From NCBI GenBank assembly GCA_964016885.1, contig OZ024749.1:9734001-9798000 (forward strand): a DNA stretch of 64,000 nucleotides, read 5' to 3'. The notes below the pieces were generated by a model. That model was not told the origin of the DNA. It saw only the letters and a list, made by a program, of their open reading frames with translations, and searched no databases. Source of the DNA: Eledone cirrhosa. Its lineage: Eukaryota. Each line of letters opens with the position of its first letter. Positions within the stretch are counted from its first letter, which is position 1. Shown in pieces: positions 52,901 to 64,000 of the stretch. The position numbers and the translations under genes were made by a program.

Positions 52901-55240
52901 GAGAGATGGTACAAGTGAGAGTAGAGAGGAAGTTAAAGGTGAGAGAGAAATGCAGGTGAATTGAGAGAGAGATGGTACAGGTGAGAGTAGAGAGGAAGTT
53001 AAAGGTGAGAGAGAAATGCAGGTGAATTGAGAGAGAGATGGTACAGGTGAGAGTAGAGAGGAAGTTAAAGGTGAGAGAGAAATGCAGGTGAATTGAGAGA
53101 GAGATGGTACAGGTGAGGGTAGAGAGGAAGTTAAAGGTGAGAGAGAAATGCAGGTGAATTGAGAGAGAGATGGTACAGGTGAGAGTAGAGAGGCAAGTTA
53201 AAGGTGAGAGAGAAATGCAGGTGAATTGAGAGAGAGATGGTACAGGTGAGAGTAGAGAGGAAGTTAAAGGTGAGAGAGAAATGCAGGTGAATTGAGAGAG
53301 AGATGGTACAGGTGAGGGTAGAGAGGAAGTTAAAGGTGAGAGAGAAATGCAGGTGAATTGAGAGAGAGATGGTACAGGTGAGAGTAGAGAGGAAGTTAAA
53401 GGTGAGAGAGAAATGCAGGTGAATTGAGAGAGAGATGGTACAGGTGAGAGTAGAGAGGAAGTTAAAGGTGAGAGAGAAATGCAGGTGAATTGAGAGAGAG
53501 ATGGTACAGGTGAGGGTAGAGAGGAAGTTAAAGGTGAGAGAGAAATGCAGGTGAATTGAGAGAGAGATGGTACAGGTGAGAGTAGAGAGGAAGTTAAAGG
53601 TGAGAGAGAAATGCAGGTGAATTGAGAGAGAGATGGTACAGGTGAGGGTAGAGAGGAAGTTAAAGGTGAGAGAGAAATGCAGGTGAATTGAGAGAGAGAT
53701 GGTACAGGTGAGGGTAGAGGGGCAAGTTAAAGGTGAGAGAGAGATGGTACAGGTGAGGGTAGAGAGGAAGTTACAGGTGAGAGAGAGATGGTACAGGTGA
53801 GGGTGGAGAGGCAAGTTAAAGGTGAGAGAGAGATGGTACAGGTGAGGGTAGAGAGGAAGTTAAAGGTGAGAGAGAGATGGTACAGGTGAGGGTAGAGAGG
53901 AAGTTACAGGTGAGAGAGAGATGGTACAGGTGAGAGTAGAGAGGAAGTTAAAGGTGAGAGAGAGATGGTACAGGTGAGGGTAGAGAGGAAGTTACAGGTG
54001 AGATAGAGATGGTACAGGTGAGGGTAGAGAGGAAGTTACAGGTGAGATAGAGATGGTACAGGTGAGGGTAGAGAGGAAGTTACAGGTGAGATAGAGATGG
54101 TACAGGTGAGGGTAGAGAGGAAGTTACAGGTGAGAGAGAGATGGTACAGGTGAGGGTAGAGAGGAAGTTAAAAGTGAGAGAGAAATGCAGGTGAATTGAG
54201 AGAGAGATGGTACAGGTGAGAGTAGAGAGGAAGTTAAAGGAGAGAGAGAAATGCAGGTGAATTGAGAGAGAGATGGTACAGGTGAGGGTAGAGAGGAAGT
54301 TAAAGGTGAGAGAGAAATGCAGGTGAATTGAGAGAGAGATGGTACAGGTGAGGGTAGAGAGGAAGTTAAAGGTGAGAGAGAGATGGTACAGGTGAGGGTG
54401 GAGAGGCAAGTTAAAGGTGAGAGAGAGATGGTACAGGTGAGAGTAGAGAGGAAGTTAAAGGTGAGAGAGAGATGGTACAGGTGAGGGTAGAGAGGAAGTT
54501 ACAGGTGAGAGAGAGATGGTACAGGTGAGAGTAGAGAGGAAGTTAAAGGAGAGAGAGAAATGCAGGTGAATTGAGAGAGAGATGGTACAGGTGAGAGTAG
54601 AGAAGAAGTTAAAGGTGAGATAGAGATGGTACAGGTGAGAGTAGAGAGGAAGTTAAAGGTGAGAGAGAAATGCAGGTGAATTGAGAGAGAGATGGTACAG
54701 GTGAGAGTAGAGAGGAAGTTAAAGGAGAGAGAGAAATGCAGGTGAATTGAGAGAGAGATGGTACAGGTGAGAGTAGAGAGGAAGTTACAGGTGAGAGAGA
54801 GATGGTACAGGTGAGGGTAGAGAGGAAGTTACAGGTGAGAGAGAGATGGTACAGGTGAGAGAGAGATGGTACAGGTGAGGGTAGAGAGGAAGTTAAAGGT
54901 GAGATAGAGATGGTACAGGTGAGGGTAGAGAGGAAGTTACAGGTGAGAGAGAGATGGTACAGGTGAGAGTAGAGAGGAAGTTAAAGGTGAGAGAGAAATG
55001 CAGGTGAATTGAGAGAGAGATGGTACAGGTGAGAGTAGAGAGGAAGTTAAAGGAGAGAGAGAAATGCAGGTGAATTGAGAGAGAGATGGTACAGGTGAGA
55101 GTAGAGAGGAAGTTACAGGTGAGAGAGAGATGGTACAGGTGAGGGTAGAGAGGAAGTTAAAGGAGAGAGAGAAATGCAGGTGAATTGAGAGAGAGATGGT
55201 ACAGGTGAGAGTAGAGAGGAAGTTACAGGTGAGAGAGAAA
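43950..55240. repeat. 66-bp purine-rich satellite (with a 44-bp deletion variant), 11.3 kb, with higher-order structure
   Basis: Unit GAGAGAGAGATGGTACAGGTGAGAGTAGAGAGGAAGTTAAAGGTGAGAGAGAAATGCAGGTGAATT; ORF track repeats with offsets of 4134 and 3738. Confidence 0.97.
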
Positions 55241-55374
55241 GGAAAAGAGACTACCCTATGGCCCTCTGGTGAGGCCTGTATAGCTCTGATTCTTCAAAGT
55301 TGGTATGGGAAACAACTTTTTGTAAAAGACTCAACTACTGTAGAACTATTGAGATACTAAAGCTGAGACACTCT

Positions 55375-56950
55375 GACAGACAGACAGACAGTCTGACACA
55401 TGGAAGGACAGACAGACAGACAGGCTGACAGACAGGCAGGCAGACAGATAGATAGACAGACAGACAGTCTGACACATGGAAGGACAGACAGACAGACAGG
55501 CTGACAGACAGACAGACAGACAGATAGATAGACAGACAGACAGTCTGACACATGGAAGGACAGACAGACAGACAGGCTGACAGACAGGCAGGCAGACAGA
55601 TAGATAGACAGACAGACAGTCTGACACATGGAAGGACAGACAGGCTGACAGACAGATAGATAGACAGACAGACAGTCTGACACATGGAAGGACAGACAGA
55701 CAGACAGGCTGACAGACAGGCAGGCAGACAGATAGATAGACAGACAGACAGTCTGACACATGGAAGGACAGACAGGCTGACAGACAGATAGATAGACAGA
55801 CAGACAGTCTGACACATGGAAGGACAGACAGACAGACAGGCTGACAGACAGACAGACAGACAGATAGATAGACAGACAGACAGTCTGACACATGGAAGGA
55901 CAGACAGACAGACAGGCTGACAGACAGGCAGGCAGACAGATAGATAGACAGACAGACAGTCTGACACATGGAAGGACAGACAGACAGACAGGCTGACAGA
56001 CAGGCAGGCAGACAGATAGATAGACAGACAGACAGTCTGACACATGGAAGGACAGACAGACAGACAGGCTGACAGACAGACAGACAGACAGATAGATAGA
56101 CAGACAGACAGTCTGACACATGGAAGGACAGACAGACAGACAGGCTGACACATGGAAGGACAGACAGACAGACAGGCTGACAGACAGGCAGGCAGACAGA
56201 TAGATAGACAGACAGACAGTCTGACACATGGAAGGACAGACAGACAGACAGGCTGACAGACAGGCAGGCAGACAGATAGATAGACAGACAGACAGTCTGA
56301 CACATGGAAGGACAGACAGACAGACAGGCTGACAGACAGGCAGGCAGACAGATAGATAGACAGACAGACAGTCTGACACATGGAAGGACAGACAGACAGA
56401 CAGGCTGACAGACAGGCAGGCAGACAGATAGATAGACAGACAGACAGTCTGACACATGGAAGGACAGACAGACAGACAGGCTGACAGACAGGCAGGCAGA
56501 CAGATAGATAGACAGACAGACAGTCTGACACATGGAAGGACAGACAGACAGACAGGCTGACAGACAGGCAGGCAGACAGATAGATAGACAGACAGACAGT
56601 CTGACACATGGAAGGACAGACAGACAGACAGGCTGACAGACAGGCAGGCAGACAGATAGATAGACAGACAGACAGTCTGACACATGGAAGGACAGACAGG
56701 CTGACAGACAGACAGACAGGCAGGCAGACAGACACGTGGATGGATGGACAGACAGACAGTCAGTCTGACACATGGAAGGATGGGTAGACAGACAGACAGG
56801 CAGACAGACAGACAGGCAGACAGACAGACAGGCAGGCAGACACGTGGGTGGACGGGTGGACAGACAGACTGACACATGGAGGGACGGACAGACAAATGGA
56901 CTGACACATGGATGGACGGGTGGACGGACAGACAGACAGACAGACAGTTA
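55375..56950. repeat. Compound (GACA)n minisatellite with a CTGACACATGGAAG spacer
   Basis: Direct reading. Confidence 0.95.
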
Positions 56951-57156
56951 GTTAGAGCAACAGAGAGAGACAACTAGATCATCCCCTTCCCCACCCCACC
57001 ATGTTCCTATATATTTACAATAACATATAAAGACATTAAACAGCCAAAACAAACAGTCCGTCTGTTTACAAACAACATTCCAGTGGTCAAGTCACCGACT
57101 TTACTGGACATTAATTACTGGACATTAATTACTGTCAATTAATTCTGCTTACTTAC

Positions 57157-57198
57157 ATTTGAATTAAATGTGTTGCCAGGTAAGAAAGGTAGAGCCAT
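57157..57198 (-). CDS. EFHC2: EFHC2 coding exon 1 (MALPFLPGNTFNSN)
   Basis: ATG at 57198, 42 nt, then GTAAGT donor. Matches the EFHC2 N-terminus as I recall it (human MALPLLPGNSFNRN). Confidence 0.9.
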
Positions 57199-57478
57199 AA
57201 TTTCTTTTCTTTTCTTTCTTCTTTCTTTTATTCTTTTTTGCTTCTTTTTTATTTTCTTTCTTTAAGCTTTTTTTCCACTTATTTATTATTGTTGTTAATG
57301 ATGATGATGATGGTGGTGGTGGTGATGGTGATGATGATGGTGGTGGTGGTGATGATGGTGGTGGTGGTGGTGGTGGTGCTATCTGTTTATGTTATTGACG
57401 AAGATGCTCTTATTAAACAATTAACTGTAGTGACTTTTACTGAGTTATCGATATATATCGATACATATCCATACATAC

Positions 57479-57518
<40 letters not shown>

Positions 57519-57668
57519 CTTTTTAAATCTTCCTGTGATTTTATAGATTTTTGTTTTTAATGTATTATTTTTCAATCGATGTAAAATTAATCAAAAGGAA
57601 GGAACTGTACGTTACTCACAGGTAGAATAACTTTACTGTCGCTATTTCCCTCGCTTTGCCACCTGTTG

Positions 57669-57689
57669 GTTGCCATGGAAATAAACAAA
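57669..57689. promoter_or_regulatory. RFX X-box (GTTGCCATGGAAAT) overlapping a forkhead/FOXJ1-type site (TAAACAAA); probable EFHC2 promoter
   Basis: Near-consensus X-box ~470 bp upstream of the ATG of a motile-cilia gene. Confidence 0.7.
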
Positions 57690-57824
57690 ACACCTTAACG
57701 AGCTGCCTACCTAACTACCATGCTGATGACAAGGAAGTCACTATATGATTGCTAGACATGCAAGAAATAGCAGCCAAATTTCTTTCCAAGTCTTTTAAAA
57801 AAGTGAAGGACACGTTGAATGATA

Positions 57825-57887
<63 letters not shown>

Positions 57888-57888
<1 letters not shown>

Positions 57889-58083
57889 GTTATTCCGAGT
57901 TGAATCGGAGGTAACCACAGTAAGTAAGGTACTCAATACATAGCAGAGTATAACAGTTTTAATATAGATGAGATTCTACAGGACTAGAACTGTTTCATTC
58001 ATTAGAAATCATCAGGAATCTCCTGATGATTTCTAATGAATGAAACAGTTCTAGTCCTGTAGAACCTCATCTATATTAAAACT
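57888..58083. mobile_element. Fold-back element (palindrome 57955-58083), Penelope-like
   Basis: ~63-bp arms containing CTGATGA...GAAAC; an inverted sister copy lies at 62208-62385. Confidence 0.65.
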
Positions 58084-58103
58084 ATATATATATATATATA
58101 TAT

Positions 58104-58609
58104 GGCATACGTCAAGACGGGCGGTCTCAAAAGTGAAACTAATTTTTGACAGTTACGTAAGTGATTACTTTCAATTTGGATTGTGAATTTATTTATGCAT
58201 ATATATATACATCTACAAATTCATACAAATGTGTATGTGTGCATAAATATATATATACATACACATATATATATATATACAGACACATATATATACACAC
58301 AAACACGCATATATATACACACAAACACACATATATATACACACAAACATATATATACGTCTAAACCCATGCTTGCGTGGAAGATAGACGTTAAACGATG
58401 ATGATGACACAAACACACATATATATATATACAAACACACATATATATATACATACACACACATATATATATATTAAGAAATCCATACAATTGCGTGTGT
58501 CTGCATTATACTTTCACTATTGAGACCTGTTGTAAAAAAACAAATTCACAATCGTAACTGTCAAAAATTAGTTTCACTTTTGAGACCGCCCGTCTTGACG
58601 TCGTATGCC
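58104..58609. mobile_element. MITE with ~55-bp TIRs in (TA)n
   Basis: GGCATACGTCAAGACGGGCGGTCTCAAAAGTGAAACTAATTTTTGACAGTTACG and its reverse complement. Confidence 0.75.
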
Positions 58610-58614
58610 TATAT

Positions 58615-58716
<102 letters not shown>

Positions 58717-59497
58717 TATGCTTGAACAAAAGACGGGAGTGTCACAACTGGAATGCCTTTGATCATACGCCTGCACGATCAGAGCTGACCTGGGGCTAAA
58801 CAACAACATAGGTCTGCAGAATCAAGGGGTAAACAAGGACCAATACAACTTGGCTCCAGTGACGTTGTAACTTATTTAGACATTATATTTCTTTCTTTCT
58901 GTTTCCGGTTGAGTGAACTTGAGGAACCTGAAATAAAGTGTCTTGCTCAAGGATACAACGTGCCCCCCCGTCTCGGGAACGACTCACTACCGTATGGTCG
59001 TGAACCAAACATCCTATCCACTAAGCCACATACCTTCACACGCACGCACACACACACACACACATAAATGTATCCGTTTCACACGCGCACACGTGTATAT
59101 GCGTGATACATGTACGTACGTCACATACATATATACACGATGTCTGCCCCCTTGTTATCGAGTATGGTCATTGCATAATATAATATTATTAATAATTATT
59201 AATAAATTATATCGTGCAATGCCTGTGCGTCAAGATTTTTTTTAAGTGAGAAAAGACTGTGCACTGAGCCAATCCCACTCTCTGGGAGACAGTAGCTATA
59301 ACCCGAAAAGAAGAAAAGATCAACATCATCGGTAACTACAGAGCCGCAGGTTTTATGTCGGAGTTATCCCAGTTTCTTGAGTTGCCTTCTCCTAGAAGAA
59401 TGCCCTGACAAAGGCTAGGGGTCCTTCACTCCGAGTGGTTTAACCACGCGATCGGGTATCCAGCCTGCTTATTATACGTACATACATACGTACGTAC

Positions 59498-59744
59498 CAG
59501 GGGCGGTGGAACTGTGGGGGAGAGAGGGCCATGTCCCTCCCACCTACCACAATAATTATATTTATCTCCCCAAACTACCAAAAACACTCATCTATTATAT
59601 ATATACAACAATTTATCTACATGTTATGTTTATCGCATATCGAAGTTTTTTATATCTTGGTTTGATAATAACAGCTAAACTAATCACTACGACTAAATTG
59701 ACCAAATTTGGCCCCTTTAATTCAGAAATGCTACCACCGCCTCT
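59498..59744. mobile_element. hAT-like MITE
   Basis: Imperfect termini CAGGGGCGGTGGAA / CTACCACCGCCTCTA. Confidence 0.45.
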
Positions 59745-61420
59745 ATGTGTGTATGTACATATGTTTGTGTATGTGTGTGTATGTGTATGCATGTATAGTA
59801 TAGAGTAGTGTAGTGTAGAGAAGTGTAGTATAGAGAAGTGTAGTGTAGGGAAGTGTAGTTATATATTACTTTATGTTTATTTATATCACCATGACAACTG
59901 GAGGGTACGTTAGTAAACTAGAGTGATCTCCCTTACATCCCTCTCTTACAGCAGCCATGTTTCACATTTCAACAACAACACTTCTCCGTAAGTTATTCTT
60001 TTTCAATCGTGTTTATTGACGGTGACTTTGAATCTATTTTACATCTCATACGTTAGCAATACACTTCGGAAATGCATAAGTACCACAAATATTTAGTCTC
60101 CGATAATCTTTATCTGCATGCCTATATTACAAAGCGATTAATATAATATATATACATAAGAGGGAAAACTTTAAAAAAATACACCAGCAGGTAATACACA
60201 CATCTTGGATGACATTCAACAAAAAGCAGGCGAAAGGGGTGGACAAACGAACCACAGCCAGAGCGGAAGATAACAATATCACGAGGAACACTGGAAAACC
60301 TCTTTAATTTTGGGGGCAAGCCAGCATACTGGCAGCGTTACCTCAGGTGATGGCGAGGCTGATGTGCTGGAACAGCCAAGCACCCTCACGAGCATCACCA
60401 GTTACCTCTGTTAGGTGAGCCGCCAGTGAAGATGAGAACACACATATATATATATTATTTAATAAACATTTTGTAAATGTCTAAAATAAAATATAAACAG
60501 TATAGTTAGCAGTAACACTAACATAGCGTGATTTATAATAGAGCTGTATACAGAGGTATATACGATATGTTTGTGTATAATAAACATATATAGAAGTCTC
60601 GCTATGTATGTTTTGTGCTGTGAGCATGTCACAGCCTCGGCGAGTGAGGTAGCTTTGATATGATCACAGATTAAAACATTTATAGCGAGACCTTTATATA
60701 TGTTTATTATGCATAAACATCGTATTTGCCTTCATATACATCTCTTATCATAAACTATTTGTTGACCCAACCACACTTTAACCAACACAACTACACTTTA
60801 CATTCGAGACAAGGGGGACTTTTGACAGCCACAGCTCGACCTGCTAGAAATAGTAGCCAATTAGCGGTCACATAAGATAATGTAGTCCCTCCACGGTACA
60901 TTATATATCTTAAGTATGGTTATTTGGTACCCGGTAAAGGTAATTAGACTCGCGGACACGCGGGTTAACGTAGAACGGGGTGAATTATGCCTTTAAAGAA
61001 AAAGACGAAATGACTGGCCATTCGTCATAAGTCTGCTTGCTTCATAAGAGCTGACCTTTGGGCCTAAACAACAATAACTTTACATCCAAATTTCCGTGAT
61101 GGCCATATATGAAATATCGTTGATGATAGATATTTTGCTCAATCTGGCTTGGAGTAAAGTTAAACCACCACCACCACCTTATATCAACTACCACCACCAC
61201 CACCTTATAGCAACCACCACCACCACCTTATAGCAACCATCACCACCACATATCAACCACCACCACCACCACCTTATAGCAACCACCACCACCACCACCT
61301 TATAGCAACCACCACCACCACTCCACCAGAAATATGTCCTTAATGTCCTTCAGGTATGAATCATGCATCTCTCTTCTTTCATACATCATATCCAAGAGTT
61401 ATGACACATGTATATGTATG

Positions 61421-61475
<55 letters not shown>

Positions 61476-61787
61476 ATATATATATATGTGTGTTTCTTTA
61501 GAGCGTCAGACACAATGCTTTGTAGCATAGAGTTATGACCCTTAACGTTCTGAGTCCAAATCTCACCAAGGTTAGCTTTGTCTTTCATCCTTACGGAGTC
61601 GATAAAATAAAGTACCAGTAATCCACTGGGGTTGATTTAATCGACTTTCCCCTCCTCCCCCCAAAAAATTGCTGGCCTTGTGCCTATAGTAGAAATCATC
61701 AACATTTTTTCATATTCAGAGCCTCATTAGCAAAGCATCATAACAAATACTTTCCCAGAGACCACCTCACCATGGAGGTGGGGTGGT

Positions 61788-61883
61788 TAATAACAAATAC
61801 ATTGGTTTATGGGGGACAGAGACCACCTCACCATGGAGGTGAGGTGGTCTCTGTCCCCCATAAACCATTGTATTTGTTATTAA
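61788..61883. repeat. Near-perfect palindrome with a partial upstream duplicate
   Basis: TTAATAACAAATAC...GAGACCACCTCACC / GGTGAGGTGGTCTC...GTATTTGTTATTAA. Confidence 0.8.
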
Positions 61884-62168
61884 ATCACACTTTTCGTCTC
61901 AATAGTTCAAACACATTGTTTTGTTTAGTATATTTCATATTAGTTTGTTGACATTTCTTACTGGTGGTGTCTGCTACATACTCCGGGGTGTTGAGAGGAA
62001 TGGTTAAGGAGTTCACTTCACAACCATGGCGTTCAGTCCCACTGCATGGCACCTTGGGCAAGTGTCTTCTACTACAGCCTCGGGTTGACCGATGCCTTGT
62101 GAATGGAATTTGGATGACAGAAACTGCAGAAGCATGTCGTATATATACATGCAGGTATACCTCGTGTG

Positions 62169-62199
<31 letters not shown>

Positions 62200-62207
62200 A
62201 TATATAG

Positions 62208-62381
62208 TTTTAATATTGATGAGATTCTACAGGACTAGAACTGTTTCATTATTTAGAAAGGTTTCTAAAGAATGAAACAGTTCTAGTCCTGTAGAATCTC
62301 ATCTATATTAAAACTTTTATACTCTGCAATGTATTGAGTACCTTACTTACTGTGGTTACCTCCGATTCAACCCGGAATAAC

Positions 62382-62435
<54 letters not shown>

Positions 62436-62624
62436 CGAAGGAATTGTGGTAAGGAACCAGATGGACCATAACGCACCAGAGTACTCAATACTTTGGGTAG
62501 TAGAGTGGGAAATAAGAAAAAGTCTGACCCCGACAGCAGAGCTCAAGCCGATTCGACGGCTATTTCTAGACTGTCTAGAAATAGCCATCGAGACGGCTTG
62601 AGCTCTGCCGTCGGGGTCATACTT

Positions 62625-62664
<40 letters not shown>

Positions 62665-62876
62665 TGTAAGCTATCGCCGTTTTTGACTAAAGAAATTAAA
62701 TAAATTATTTAGCCTGATAGAGGGGTTAAGAACCCTCGGAGAAATGGAAAAAGATGAGTATTGACGTACAATACTCATCTTTTTCCATTTCTCCGAGGGT
62801 TCTTAACCCCTCTATCAGGCTAAATAATTTATTTAATTTCTTTAGTCAAAATACGGCGATAGCTTACATTTCTAAT
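62208..62876. mobile_element. Three consecutive fold-back elements separated by (TA)n
   Basis: Palindromes at ~62208-62313, 62518-62628 and 62656-62876. Confidence 0.7.
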
Positions 62877-63309
62877 AATTTCAAACCCGCCCGCTGTTTC
62901 GAAAATATTCTTACTTGAATATATATATTTATATATGTATGTAAATCTGCTTCATAGAATCGAGATGTATCCGAGGACCGCGCGATTTCAGAGTCAGGTT
63001 CGATCATCACATCGATTGTGCCTCGAGCTGGTCGCCCGAGAAACAATTGTAATATGTCCAATTAATTCCTTTTGTCACAACACTGATTCTCTTTTTCTGT
63101 TATATTTATATATATATATTTATATATATGTATATATATATATAATGAGACACATGGCTTAGTGGTTAGAGCATTGGCCTTGCAATCGAAAGGTTGTGAG
63201 TTCAATTCTCAGACCGGGTGATGTGTTGTTTCCTTGAGCAAGACACTTTATTTCACATTGCTCCAGTTTACTCAGCTGTAGAAATGAGATGATAGGGACT
63301 GGGGTCCCT

Positions 63310-63842
63310 ATCATTCCACTGTAAAGTGGACGTGTAGGCGCCATGGCAAAAAAGCACCCAGCACTCACTGTAAATGAGGTTGGTGTTAGGAAGGGCATCC
63401 AGCTGTAGAAATCAAGCCAAAATCAGTTCCCGTCCCACCCTTGCAAGCAGGGAAAAGTGGACGTAAAAATGAAATGATGATAATATTATAGAGTAAAATG
63501 ACTTCAACCTGTCCAGCCTCCTGTCATTTTACTCTATAATAATTAACTCCATTCCCGCACCAATAGGATTCAACATCAAAGATGGATGAGTTGAGTAACG
63601 TTGAGTGCTTTCCTATTACATCCTGTTACATAGCGGAATGACCAATTCTGCCCTGTGGTATATATTCCACGTTAGCATGGGTTAGACAGGAATTGTCCCA
63701 CTTGAGGCAAGATTGATCGGGTGACCGTGTCTCACTCGTATAGGACTATCTGGCAGGTATTCTATGGCTGGAAGCCCTTCCTAACACCAACCACATTTAC
63801 AGTGTGGACTGGGAACCTTTTTACCATGTTTCCTACACAACC

Positions 63843-63877
<35 letters not shown>

Positions 63878-64000
63878 TCATCATCATTTCATCATTTCAT
63901 TTTTACGTCCACTTTTCCCTGCTTGCAAGGGTGGGACGGGAACTGATTCTGGCTTGATTTCTACAGCTGGATGCCCTTCCTAACACCAACCTCATTTACA
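63310..64000. mobile_element. Inverted pair of near-identical SINE-like elements
   Basis: 63370-63480 is the reverse complement of 63888-64000. Confidence 0.75.

Noticed and set aside
44534-54409. Numerous TISLSIHLHFSLTFNF ORFs
   Set aside because: Translations of the 66-bp satellite.
55335-56973. Three ~500-aa Cys/Leu/Ser/Val ORFs
   Set aside because: All three frames are open because the (TGTC)n repeat lacks stop codons.
21305-57198. Calling the gene EFHC1
   Set aside because: The N-terminus MALPxLPGN, the KPGIGGEP motif, the exon 5 segment and the extended C-terminal region fit EFHC2 better.
62714-62760. Hammerhead at CTGATAGAGGGG...CCCTCGGAGAAA (similar motif at ~14848)
   Set aside because: The core has extra bases and helices I and III cannot be closed.

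Overview
Eukaryotic, AT- and microsatellite-rich genomic DNA. The SINE and LINE families suggest a cephalopod such as octopus (inference). One host gene is recognisable: an EFHC2 orthologue (DM10/EF-hand ciliary microtubule-inner protein) on the minus strand. I traced nine coding exons by hand, from the ATG at 57198 down to 21305. All introns are GT-AG and phases are consistent, giving 1940 nt (646 codons). The last ~100 aa were not found. An RFX X-box abutting a forkhead site lies ~470 bp upstream of the ATG. The introns hold large satellites (43, 42, 99, 52, 41, 44, 46 and 66 bp units), RTE, CR1/L2 and R4-like LINE fragments, tRNA-derived SINEs, MITEs and Penelope-like fold-back palindromes. 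Top observations: (1) an intact, splice-flanked, synonymously diverged paralogue of EFHC2 exon 5 on the opposite strand inside intron 8; (2) three complete type-I hammerhead ribozyme motifs, plus degenerate ones, in a fold-back nest at 17-19.3 kb; (3) an 11-kb intron-1 satellite with a 4134-bp higher-order period that is apparently AG-free on the transcribed strand but full of CAG/GTGAG motifs on the other. Most ORFs in the supplied track are repeat artefacts.
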